A DNA stretch of 64,000 nucleotides from an uncultured Spirochaetota bacterium (lineage in GTDB: Bacteria > Spirochaetota > Spirochaetia > SZUA-6 > Fen-1364): positions 32,001-96,000 of the forward strand of contig CAVTHO010000005.1 in NCBI GenBank assembly GCA_963734545.1, read 5' to 3'. A program made the translations under genes and the position numbers. Shown piece after piece: positions 16,863 to 25,561 of the stretch. The notes under the pieces were generated by a model. The model was given only the letters and a program-made list of their open reading frames with translations, ran no database searches and was not told the origin of the DNA. Each line of letters opens with the position of its first letter. Position 1 is the stretch's first letter.

Positions 16863-19031
16863 TCACTTCTCCGTCATGACCCAGACACCGCTCCATTTTT
16901 CCGCGGGCGGGGCAGCGGCAAGCTCCCGGCACTTGCGGGCATATGAGGCAGCCACGGGATCTTCAGCCGCGACACCGGCGAATATGCCTTCCGCCTCTGC
17001 GAACCTCCCCGCATAGTACTCCTGCAGGCCCCTGTCGAACACTTCGAGGGCCGGCTTCCGGGCGGCGAACTCGGCCGGCAGCATCGGCTCGAACACGACG
17101 ACAGGCTCCTTGCGGCCGACAACCGCGACGCGAGAGAGCTCGCGCACGGGAAACGCGCCCGCCATTTTCTCCACCACGGCCCGGGAGATCATTGTGTAGG
17201 TGCCGAACTGCTTGTTGATGCCCTCCAGCCGGGCCGAGAGGTTCACCTGGTCGCCCAGCATGGTGTAGTCGAACCTTGTCTTCGAGCCCATGTTCCCGAC
17301 CACGGCCGGCCCCGTATTCATGCCGACGCGCATGCGCATGTCCTTGCCGATGCGCGCCCGGATGCCGGGCCGCATCTCGGCCAGCTTTGCCTGGCAGCGC
17401 AGCGCGGCCCTGACCCCGCGCACCGCGTGGTCCTCGAGCGTGAGAGGCGCGTTCCAGAAGGCGATGATCGCGTCTCCCTCGAACTTGTCGATGGTTCCTC
17501 CCTCCTCCTGGATGATGTCCACCATGGCCGTGAGGTACTCGTTGAGAAGCGCGGTCAGGTCCTCCGGGGTGAGCGCCTCGGAGATGCCGGTGAAGCCCTG
17601 CACATCGGAGAAGAAGATCGTGAGCTCGCGCCGTTCCCCGCCCAGCCGAAGGCGCTCCGGGTGCGCAATCAGCTCGTCGATGACGGCCGGGCTCAGGTAC
17701 TGCTTGAAGGCCCCCTTGATGTAGCGCTTCTGCTGTCCCTCGGTTGCATAGGTGACCAGGCTGCCGCCCAGCAGAGAGATCACGGCTCCCAGCTCGAGGG
17801 CCACCACCTGCAGCCAGTACCCCAGCGCGTAGGCAGCGATACCCAGGGCGGGCGCGACGGGAAGGAACGCCACGTAGATCAGCGCGCTCCGGCCCGCGCC
17901 GGAGACCGCCGTGCCGGAGAGCCCGGCCCCGATGCAGAGCAGGAGGAGGAGAAGGATCGTCGCCGCAACGGGGACGGGTTTCATGAAATCGCCCGAGAGC
18001 AGATTGTCCAGCATGGTGGCGTGTATCTCCACGCCGGGATAGTCCCCTGTCATGGGCGACGGCTTCAGGTCGAAGAGACCGGGCGCCGAATAGCCGTAGA
18101 AGACGTACTTGTCCCTGACCACGTCCGGCTTCAGGCCGGGCTCCGTGCCCTCCTGGATCTGGAGGTCCGCCTGCACCACGGCAGCAGCGGTGAGGGCCAT
18201 GTGCGTCGCGGAGGGGCCCCGAAACCTCAGGATGGCCCGGCCTTCCCCGTCGATGGGAACTTCCCTGCCGTCCACGATGAGCTTCCCCGGGCTGATGGAT
18301 ACGGCGGAAGAACCCGGGTTCCCGGCCAGGTATGCGGCAAGAGCCTCGGCAGGCACGACCCGGCCGTCGAACACGCTGAACAGCGCCCCCCGCCGATAGA
18401 CCCGGTCGGCCGGATCCGGGGCGATGTACGCATTGGCAAGCAGGTTCGCGCTCCTCCACAGCTCGGGTATCGGGAACTCGGCCATCGGGTAGACGAGCGT
18501 CTTCGGGCCGGCCTTGCGGACCCAGTCCTCCAGGCCGGTTACGACGAGCGGCGGCCGGGGATAGCCCGGCGGCCAGTTCTTCTCCGTGGCCTGTGCCGAG
18601 CCGAAGTTCATCGCGATCACGACCCGGCCGTTTTTCGCCACGCCGTTTCCCATGGCTTCATCGTCGGAAACTCCGTACACGGAGGGCTCCGTGAAGAACA
18701 CGTCCAGCACGAGGGCCTTGGCCCCGCCCCGCGCGCAGAAATCGGCGACAGCGGTGTACACCTCGCGCGGCCACGGCCAGGAAAGCGCGTTCTCCTTCCT
18801 GCCCCACTCGAGGCTCTTCTGGTCCAGAAGAATCGTCGCGACCTGGCTGGTAGCCTTCCCCGGCCGGGCGAGGAGGCGGGCCCGCAGGTCCCATGTCCGG
18901 GCCTCGAAACCGTTCAACGCGCCGAGGAGCCAGACGCCGAGCACGAGCGCGGCGCCGGCCGCGCCGATCAGAGCACCCTGGATCAGCTTGCGCAGGCCGC
19001 CGGAGATCTCGGACTGTCTTCTGCTTGCCAT
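16863..19031 (-). CDS. CHASE2-domain membrane adenylate/guanylate cyclase (class III)
   Basis: CHASE2 motifs WPWPR, DVFFTEPS and PGVEIHAT; three TM helices; FSDVQGFT, DKFEGDAI, GMNTG and YTMLGDQVNLSARLEG. ATG 19031 follows a GGAG RBS. Confidence 0.92.
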   Translation of the reverse strand: MASRRQSEISGGLRKLIQGALIGAAGAALVLGVWLLGALNGFEARTWDLRARLLARPGKATSQVATILLDQKSLEWGRKENALSWPWPREVYTAVADFCARGGAKALVLDVFFTEPSVYGVSDDEAMGNGVAKNGRVVIAMNFGSAQATEKNWPPGYPRPPLVVTGLEDWVRKAGPKTLVYPMAEFPIPELWRSANLLANAYIAPDPADRVYRRGALFSVFDGRVVPAEALAAYLAGNPGSSAVSISPGKLIVDGREVPIDGEGRAILRFRGPSATHMALTAAAVVQADLQIQEGTEPGLKPDVVRDKYVFYGYSAPGLFDLKPSPMTGDYPGVEIHATMLDNLLSGDFMKPVPVAATILLLLLLCIGAGLSGTAVSGAGRSALIYVAFLPVAPALGIAAYALGYWLQVVALELGAVISLLGGSLVTYATEGQQKRYIKGAFKQYLSPAVIDELIAHPERLRLGGERRELTIFFSDVQGFTGISEALTPEDLTALLNEYLTAMVDIIQEEGGTIDKFEGDAIIAFWNAPLTLEDHAVRGVRAALRCQAKLAEMRPGIRARIGKDMRMRVGMNTGPAVVGNMGSKTRFDYTMLGDQVNLSARLEGINKQFGTYTMISRAVVEKMAGAFPVRELSRVAVVGRKEPVVVFEPMLPAEFAARKPALEVFDRGLQEYYAGRFAEAEGIFAGVAAEDPVAASYARKCRELAAAPPAEKWSGVWVMTEK

Positions 19032-19044
19032 CCCGGATACGCTC

Positions 19045-19950
19045 CTAGATGGCCCCCAGAGAAGCCCGGTACCGGGCCTGCCGCGCGTCTTCAGCCGAGG
19101 AGGCCGCGACAGCGGGCTGCCCCCCCAGCGTCTTTTCCACCGCGGTGATCCGGACCTGGGGATCCGGATGCGTCTTGGCAAAATCGAGGCCGCCCGGTTT
19201 CAGCTTGCCCTTCATCACGGTGAGCATCTCGTCGAAGGCCTGTGGATCGTAGCCTGCCTTCCGCATGATGACGAGCGCCATCTGGTCCGCCTCGAGCTCC
19301 AGCTCGCGAGAATAGCCCGAGTTCACGAGGGTATTGGTGATGTCGTTGATGGAATCCTTGAACACTCCGGTGAGCTGTTTCAGCTCAGGGGAGCCCGCCA
19401 CCTGCACGGTGGTATTCACCCCTGACTGGATGGCGGCCGTCCAGCGGGCGTTGCTGATTGCCTTCAGACCGTGCTTCAACACGACATGGCTGATCTCATG
19501 CGCGAGGATTGCCGCCACCGTCTCCTCGCTGTCCGCGCAGCGCAGGAGGCCGCGGCTGATCAGGATGAGCCCGCCCGGAGCCGCGAAAGCGTTTATCTCG
19601 TCGGAGTCCAGGATGAGGAAGTGGTATCCGCCGAACGTCTCGGGCCTGTCCGAGTACAGCGAGAGGCTGCGCCCCAGCACGTTGACGTAGTCGGTCGCCT
19701 TCTGTTCGCTGTACGCCTTGCGCGTGGCAAGGATGTTCGCCGCCACTGCCCGGCCGATATAGTATTCCTGCTCGGGGGTGATCTCCTGGGATGCCGTCTG
19801 GACGGCCTCCACGGTCTGCTTGATCGCGGCCTGCTTGTTCGGGTCCCCGGCAACATCCATGACAGTGCCGAGAAGGTCTCCGCCCATGCTCGCGCAGCCC
19901 ATCATGCCGAGAATGAAGAGAACGGGAAGGGGACGGATCAGTGATTTCAC
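19045..19950 (-). CDS. M48 family metallopeptidase lipoprotein
   Basis: Lipobox-like ILGMMG-C; INAFAAPGG, HEISH, ELEAD and THP motifs; GTG start overlaps the upstream TGA. Confidence 0.9.
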   Translation of the reverse strand: MKSLIRPLPVLFILGMMGCASMGGDLLGTVMDVAGDPNKQAAIKQTVEAVQTASQEITPEQEYYIGRAVAANILATRKAYSEQKATDYVNVLGRSLSLYSDRPETFGGYHFLILDSDEINAFAAPGGLILISRGLLRCADSEETVAAILAHEISHVVLKHGLKAISNARWTAAIQSGVNTTVQVAGSPELKQLTGVFKDSINDITNTLVNSGYSRELELEADQMALVIMRKAGYDPQAFDEMLTVMKGKLKPGGLDFAKTHPDPQVRITAVEKTLGGQPAVAASSAEDARQARYRASLGAI

Positions 19951-20450
19951 TGCGCGCCTCCTTCCGGTGACGTAAGGCCGCCCTGCTTGATGAATGCGGC
20001 AAGCTGCTCGGGGCTCACCACGATCTGCCCCATGCGGTTCACCCACGTGTAGTCGAGCTTGCCTTCCGCCTTGTATTCCTTCTCGACGGATTCATTGAAG
20101 CCCTTGCCCGCCAGCGCGACCTCCCCCGTGGAGGCGCCCTGCGCCACGTTCTCCGTTCCGGACTTGAGGGCGATCATCTTCTCCTGGAGGGCCGAGAGGC
20201 TGACCCAGCCCTGGAGCTTCCCGTCCGGACCGCGCACCTTGACCCAGCTCTTCGAGGCGCCGGCAGGCTGGTCGAGGACCGTGACCCGGTCCGCGTACTT
20301 GAGCGTGCCCAGAATTCTGCCCAGGTAGCTTGCCGTGGCCCGCACCGAAGTCTCTTTGACGGTCACGCTCATCTGCTTCTGGTCAGCGGCGAAAACGACA
20401 CCCGCGGCGAGCACGAGGCACGCCGCAATGCACAGGCGAAGTATCCTCAT
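19947..20450 (-). CDS. Secreted SH3b-domain protein
   Basis: Signal peptide VFA-A; VRATASY...LKYADRVTVL...WVKV...GWV; conserved-looking tail ALAGKGFNESVEKEYK. Confidence 0.75.
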   Translation of the reverse strand: MRILRLCIAACLVLAAGVVFAADQKQMSVTVKETSVRATASYLGRILGTLKYADRVTVLDQPAGASKSWVKVRGPDGKLQGWVSLSALQEKMIALKSGTENVAQGASTGEVALAGKGFNESVEKEYKAEGKLDYTWVNRMGQIVVSPEQLAAFIKQGGLTSPEGGAQ

Positions 20451-20526
20451 CCCTCTTGCCTCCCTCGTCCAAGGTAGCGTGAAATCGGCTGGTTGTCACG
20501 GCCGAAATTCGATACACTCAGCCCCG

Positions 20527-21450
20527 ATGCCGCTCACGGGAACGACTCACAAGATGGCAATCGCGTGCCTGGCGATTACGCTGGCCGTGGGCTGCACGGG
20601 TCGTCAGCCGGCGCCGGGCCCGGGTGAGGCGGGGAAGGCGGCTGCCGCCCCTGCGCGGGATGCCTCCATCCTCAATACCGGCTCCGATACCCTCGTCAAC
20701 CTTGCCCTGGCCTGGGCCGAGCGGTACATGGCTTTACGGCCCGAGGTGCGCATCTCGGTAACCGGCGGGGGCTCAGGCACCGGCATCGCCTCTCTCATCA
20801 ATGGCACGGTCCAGATCGCGAACGCTTCCCGGGAGATGTCTTCGGAGGAGATCGCTGAAGCAAAGAAGAACGGCATCACGCCGGTGAAGTTCATCGTGGC
20901 CCTGGATGCCATTGCCGTGGTCGAGAACCCGCATAATCCTGTCCGTGGACTTACACTTCACCAGATCTCGGATATGTACACGGGAAAGATCCGCCGCTGG
21001 TCCTCTGTTGCCGGCGATGACCGGCCCGTGGTCCTTCTCTCACGAGAGTCCAACTCGGGCACCTACGTCTATTTCCTGGAGCAGGTGCTGCGCCTCGGGG
21101 ACAGCAAGGCGAAGACGCTGTTCTCACCGGAGACGCTTCTCATGCCTTCCTCGGAGGGCATCAGCACCGAGGTGCGGCAGAACGTGAACGCCATCGGCTA
21201 TGACGGGCTGGGATATGTGACCCCGGACCAGAAAATGATTGCCGTGGCGCGTACCGCGGAAGGTCCTTTCGTTCTCCCCTCTGCTGCGACGGTGCTGGAC
21301 AAGTCATACCCGGTCTCCCGACCCCTCTACATGTACACGGCCGGTGAGCCGTCAGGCGCGGTAAAGGCATATCTCGATTGGGTCATGGATGAAGGCCAGA
21401 AGCTCGTGACTGAACTGGGCTTTGTGCCGCTCAGAAAGGGCGGAGAATGA
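20527..21450 (+). CDS. pstS: Phosphate ABC transporter substrate-binding lipoprotein
   Basis: LAVG-C lipobox; GSDT, GGGSGTG, ASR and RESNSGT motifs. Confidence 0.92.
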   Translation: MPLTGTTHKMAIACLAITLAVGCTGRQPAPGPGEAGKAAAAPARDASILNTGSDTLVNLALAWAERYMALRPEVRISVTGGGSGTGIASLINGTVQIANASREMSSEEIAEAKKNGITPVKFIVALDAIAVVENPHNPVRGLTLHQISDMYTGKIRRWSSVAGDDRPVVLLSRESNSGTYVYFLEQVLRLGDSKAKTLFSPETLLMPSSEGISTEVRQNVNAIGYDGLGYVTPDQKMIAVARTAEGPFVLPSAATVLDKSYPVSRPLYMYTAGEPSGAVKAYLDWVMDEGQKLVTELGFVPLRKGGE

Positions 21451-22364
21451 TGTCGGCCCCTCGCGCGCGGCATCGCGTTCCCCTGGCCAGGATCTCGGAG
21501 CTCTCCATCGAGACGCTCATCCGGGTGCTCGGGTTCTCCACCATCGGCCTGGTCCTCCTGATCTTCCTTTTCCTCCTGCGTGAAGGTATTCCCGTCTTTT
21601 TCGAGGTCCCCCTGCGCGGGCTTTTTTCCTCGCACTGGTACCCCACATTCGGGATATTCGGCACCCTCCCCCTGATCCTCGGTTCCATTCTCGTCACGCT
21701 GCTCGCCATCCTCATTGCCCTGCCTCTCGGCGTGGCAACAGCGGTGTTCGTACGCGAGGTCGCCCCGCGATGGGCCCGGGAGATACTGAAGCCGATCATC
21801 GAGGTGCTCGCCGGAATCCCTTCGGTCGTGCTCGGCTTTTTCGGCATGACCTTTGTCGCGCCCCTGGTCAGGGACGTGCTCGGAGCGCCCACAGGCCTCA
21901 CGGCATTTTCCGGGGCGATCATCCTGGCCTACATGGCCCTGCCCACCCTCATCAGCGTGGCGGAGGACGCGCTCGATTCGGTGCCCAGGAGCTATCGCGA
22001 CGCGGGCCTGGCCATGGGCGCCACCCGCTGGCAGACCATCTGGCGCGTCGTGGTGCCTGCCGCCCGGTCCGGCATCCTCACGGCGGTCATGCTCGGCATG
22101 GGCAGGGCGATCGGGGAGACGATGGCAGTGATGATGGTGACGGGCAATGCCGCGGTCATGCCGTCCTCCCTCGCGTCGCTCTTCCGGCCGGTGCGCACCA
22201 TGACCGCCACCATCGCCGCCGAAATGGGTGAAGTGGCGAGGGGGAGCACGCACTACCATGCCCTGTTCGGCATCGGGATCATCCTCTTCGTGCTCACGTT
22301 CCTCATCAACCTCGCGGCTGCCAAGGCGATCTTCGAGAAGAAGCGGAAGGGAGGGCTGCGCTGA
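21447..22364 (+). CDS. pstC: Phosphate ABC transporter permease
   Basis: LAGIPSVVLG and GRAIGETMAV motifs. Confidence 0.93.
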   Translation: MMSAPRARHRVPLARISELSIETLIRVLGFSTIGLVLLIFLFLLREGIPVFFEVPLRGLFSSHWYPTFGIFGTLPLILGSILVTLLAILIALPLGVATAVFVREVAPRWAREILKPIIEVLAGIPSVVLGFFGMTFVAPLVRDVLGAPTGLTAFSGAIILAYMALPTLISVAEDALDSVPRSYRDAGLAMGATRWQTIWRVVVPAARSGILTAVMLGMGRAIGETMAVMMVTGNAAVMPSSLASLFRPVRTMTATIAAEMGEVARGSTHYHALFGIGIILFVLTFLINLAAAKAIFEKKRKGGLR

Positions 22365-23209
22365 TGAACCGCGCCCTCGCCCAGAAGCTGGGATTCGCCC
22401 TGCTCGGGCTCGTCTCCCTCCTGGTGGTGGTGCCCATCCTGGTCGTGATCGGCGTCATCGTGGCCCGGGGCATCGTGGCCATCAACTGGCAGTTCCTCAC
22501 CACGATGCCGCACGGCGGCATGAAGGAAGGCGGCATCCTGCCCGCCATCGTGGGTACGCTGCTCCTGACGCTCGGCACGGCACTCGTGGCGGTGCCCATC
22601 GGCATCGGCGGCGCCGTGTACCTTTCCGAATACGCCCGGGACACCCGCCTCACACGCGCCATCCGCCTTGCGATCGTCAATCTCGCCGGCATCCCCTCCA
22701 TCGTCTACGGCCTGTTCGGACTGGGAATGTTCGTGCTCTTCTTCCGGTTCGGCACCTCGATCCTCGCCGGGTCCCTCACCCTCGCCATCATGACCCTTCC
22801 GGTCATCATCAGCACCGCGGAAGAAGCGCTGCGCGCCGTGCCCCAGGAGTTCCGCACCGTGTCTTCGAGCCTCGGAGGGACCCGCTGGCAGGGCATCCGC
22901 AACATCGTGCTTCCCCAGGCGCTGCCCGGCATCATCACGGGCGTGATCCTCGGCCTCCTGCGCGCCGCGGGTGAGACGGCGCCGATCCTCTTCACCGTGG
23001 CAGCGTTCTATCTCCCGCGGCTGCCCACCTCTCCGCTGGACCAGACCATGGCCCTGCCCTACCACCTGTACGTGATCAGCACGCAGGTGCCGGGCATGCC
23101 CCTGTCCGTGCAGTACGGCACCGCCCTGGTCCTCCTGGGGCTCGTGCTGTCCCTGAACATCGTGGCCACGCTGATCCGCGGCTACTTCCGGAGAAAGCGG
23201 CAATGGTAG
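22364..23209 (+). CDS. pstA: Phosphate ABC transporter permease
   Basis: LAGIPSIVYGLFG and RAAGETAP motifs. Confidence 0.93.
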   Translation: MNRALAQKLGFALLGLVSLLVVVPILVVIGVIVARGIVAINWQFLTTMPHGGMKEGGILPAIVGTLLLTLGTALVAVPIGIGGAVYLSEYARDTRLTRAIRLAIVNLAGIPSIVYGLFGLGMFVLFFRFGTSILAGSLTLAIMTLPVIISTAEEALRAVPQEFRTVSSSLGGTRWQGIRNIVLPQALPGIITGVILGLLRAAGETAPILFTVAAFYLPRLPTSPLDQTMALPYHLYVISTQVPGMPLSVQYGTALVLLGLVLSLNIVATLIRGYFRRKRQW

Positions 23210-23994
23210 GCGGGACGCACACGAGCGCGCTGGATCGCCAGGCCGCCAAGGTGAGAGTCGAGGGGGTGAGCTACTGGTACGCCGGCAGGCAGTCGCTCTC
23301 CGACGTGAGCCTCACGCTGCCGGACCGGGCGGTGACGGTGCTCTTCGGTCCGGCCGGGGGAGGCAAGACCACCCTGATGCGCCTGGTGAACAGGCTGAAC
23401 GACCTGGTGGACGGCACGCGCATGACCGGCCGCATCCTCCTGGACGGTGAAGACATCTACGCTCCCGGCGTAGACGTGACCCGGCTGCGCCGGAGGGTGG
23501 GGATGGTGTTCGCGCTGCCACTGCCGCTGCCGGGAACGGTCAGGGAAAACGTTCTCTACGGTCCCCGGCTCGCGGGGGAGCGGAACGCGGGAAAACTTTC
23601 GGAAATCGTGGAGCGCAGCCTCACCCAGGCCGCCCTGTGGAGCGAGGTGAAGGACAGGCTGGACGGGCCCGCGCTGAGCCTGTCCGGCGGCCAGCAGCAG
23701 CGGCTCTGCATCGCCCGGAGCCTGGCGCTGGAGCCCGAGATGCTGCTCCTGGACGAGCCGACCTCCGGCCTCGACCCGATCTCCACGGCCAAGGTGGAGG
23801 AGTCCCTCTTCGAGCTGAAGAAGCAATACGCGGTGGTCATCGTGCCGCACAGCGTGCAGCAGGCGGCGCGCGTGGCGGATTTCGCCGCCTTCTTCCTCTC
23901 GGGCGAGCTGGTGGAATGCGGCGACGGCCCGCAGGTATTCACGGCGCCCCGGGAAAAGAAGACCGAGGACTACGTGACGGGGAGGTTCGGATAG
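23203..23994 (+). CDS. pstB: Phosphate ABC transporter ATPase, divergent copy
   Basis: [30 protein letters not shown] and YVTGRFG; the Q-loop and H-loop are atypical. Confidence 0.85.
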   Translation: MVGGTHTSALDRQAAKVRVEGVSYWYAGRQSLSDVSLTLPDRAVTVLFGPAGGGKTTLMRLVNRLNDLVDGTRMTGRILLDGEDIYAPGVDVTRLRRRVGMVFALPLPLPGTVRENVLYGPRLAGERNAGKLSEIVERSLTQAALWSEVKDRLDGPALSLSGGQQQRLCIARSLALEPEMLLLDEPTSGLDPISTAKVEESLFELKKQYAVVIVPHSVQQAARVADFAAFFLSGELVECGDGPQVFTAPREKKTEDYVTGRFG

Positions 23995-24764
23995 TGAAGG
24001 GAAAGATCGCCGTCAGGGATCTCACCTTCAGCTACGGCGCACGGGTCGCCCTGCAGGACGTGAGCATCGACGTGGAGGACAGGCGGATCACCGCGCTGAT
24101 CGGCCCCTCGGGGTGCGGCAAGTCGACCTTCCTGAGGTGCCTGAACCGCATGAACGATACGATCCCGGGAGCCCGGGCAAAGGGAAGCGTCCGCATCGAC
24201 GATATGGACGTCTATGCCCCCGGCACCGACGTCGTGGAGCTCCGGAAGAAGGTGGGGATGGTCTTCCAGCGGCCCAACCCCTTCCCCCAGAGCATCTTCG
24301 ACAACGTGGCGTTCGGACCGCGCGTGCTGGGCACCCATCGGGGGAATTCCCTCGAAGATGAAGTGGAGAAGAGCCTCCGGGCAGCCGATCTGTGGGAAGA
24401 AGTGAAAGACACGCTGCACCACGACGCCCTTTCCCTCTCCCTGGGGCAGCAGCAGCGGCTGTGCATTGCCCGGGTCGTGGCGGTGGCGCCGGAGGTCATC
24501 CTGATGGACGAGCCCTGCTCCGCGCTGGACCCCATCGCGACCCTCCGGGTCGAGGAGCTGATGCGCACCCTGACGGAAAAGTACACGATCGTCATCGTGA
24601 CGCACAACATGCACCAGGCCGCGCGTGTATCCGACTGGACCGGCTTCTTCTGGCTGAACGAGCACAGGGCGGGAATTCTCGCGGAGTTCGGGGCAACGGA
24701 GCTGATCTTCACGAGCCCGCGGGACAAGCGAACGGAAGACTACATTACGGGGCGATTCGGATAG
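23994..24764 (+). CDS. pstB: Phosphate ABC transporter ATPase
   Basis: [32 protein letters not shown] and YITGRFG; GTG start overlaps the upstream TAG. Confidence 0.92.
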   Translation: MKGKIAVRDLTFSYGARVALQDVSIDVEDRRITALIGPSGCGKSTFLRCLNRMNDTIPGARAKGSVRIDDMDVYAPGTDVVELRKKVGMVFQRPNPFPQSIFDNVAFGPRVLGTHRGNSLEDEVEKSLRAADLWEEVKDTLHHDALSLSLGQQQRLCIARVVAVAPEVILMDEPCSALDPIATLRVEELMRTLTEKYTIVIVTHNMHQAARVSDWTGFFWLNEHRAGILAEFGATELIFTSPRDKRTEDYITGRFG

Positions 24765-24833
24765 AAGCGCAGAAGCGCCGCAAAGGGGCGCAAGACGCGC
24801 CCGAGTGAAGACGCGGGCGCCCAAGGAGGACCT

Positions 24834-25502
24834 ATGGCACGGGAAAAGTTCGAACACGACCTGCACAGGCTGCAGGATGAGATACTCGCCCTGGGAGCGA
24901 TGGCGGAGAGCGCAGTGGCCGAATCCGTGCGTACGCTGAAGAATCAGGATTTCGCGCGTGCCCGCGTCATCATCGAGGGGGACCGGCACATCAATGAAAA
25001 GCGCTACGCCATCGAGAACGAGGCCCTCACCCTGATCGCCACGCAGCAGCCCATGGCAGGTGACCTGCGCACCCTGGCAGCGATCCTGGAGATCGCCACC
25101 GAGCTGGAGCGCATGGCGGACTATGCCAAGGGGATCGCGAATGTCGTGCTGATGATCGGAAGCGAGCCTCTGATCAAGCCCCTGGTGGACATACCCCGGA
25201 TGGCGGACAAGGCGTGCGATATGCTGCACAGGGCCCTGGAAGCCTTCCTGAAGCAGGACGTGGAGGCGGCGCGCGCCATCCCCAAGGAAGACGCGGCGGT
25301 GGACGCTCTGTACGAGCAGATCTACCGGGAGCTCATCACCCACATCATCGCGGACCCGAAGGCCATCGACCAGGCCACCCGGCTGACGTGGGTGGCCCAC
25401 AACCTGGAGCGGGTGGCCGACAGGGTGGGCAACATCTGCGAGCGGATCGTGTTTTCGATCACGGGCCGGGGCGAGGAGCTCGACGACCCTGTGGCGTACT
25501 AG
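24834..25502 (+). CDS. phoU: Phosphate signalling protein PhoU
   Basis: QQPMAGDLR, ELERMADYA and LERVADRVGNICE motifs. Confidence 0.95.
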   Translation: MAREKFEHDLHRLQDEILALGAMAESAVAESVRTLKNQDFARARVIIEGDRHINEKRYAIENEALTLIATQQPMAGDLRTLAAILEIATELERMADYAKGIANVVLMIGSEPLIKPLVDIPRMADKACDMLHRALEAFLKQDVEAARAIPKEDAAVDALYEQIYRELITHIIADPKAIDQATRLTWVAHNLERVADRVGNICERIVFSITGRGEELDDPVAY

Positions 25503-25561
25503 GGCCGGCCCGCCTTGCACAGGGCGCGCCAAAGGGGATAAAGTTCCCCCCCTGTAAACCC

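Noticed and set aside
20460-20526. Pho box upstream of pstS
   Set aside because: Only one GTCAC half-site, no 11-bp periodic repeat, and no phoBR in the window
24765-24830. GCGC-rich short hairpins between pstB and phoU
   Set aside because: Short imperfect stems with no U-tract and no second copy in the window; not distinguishable from GC-rich background
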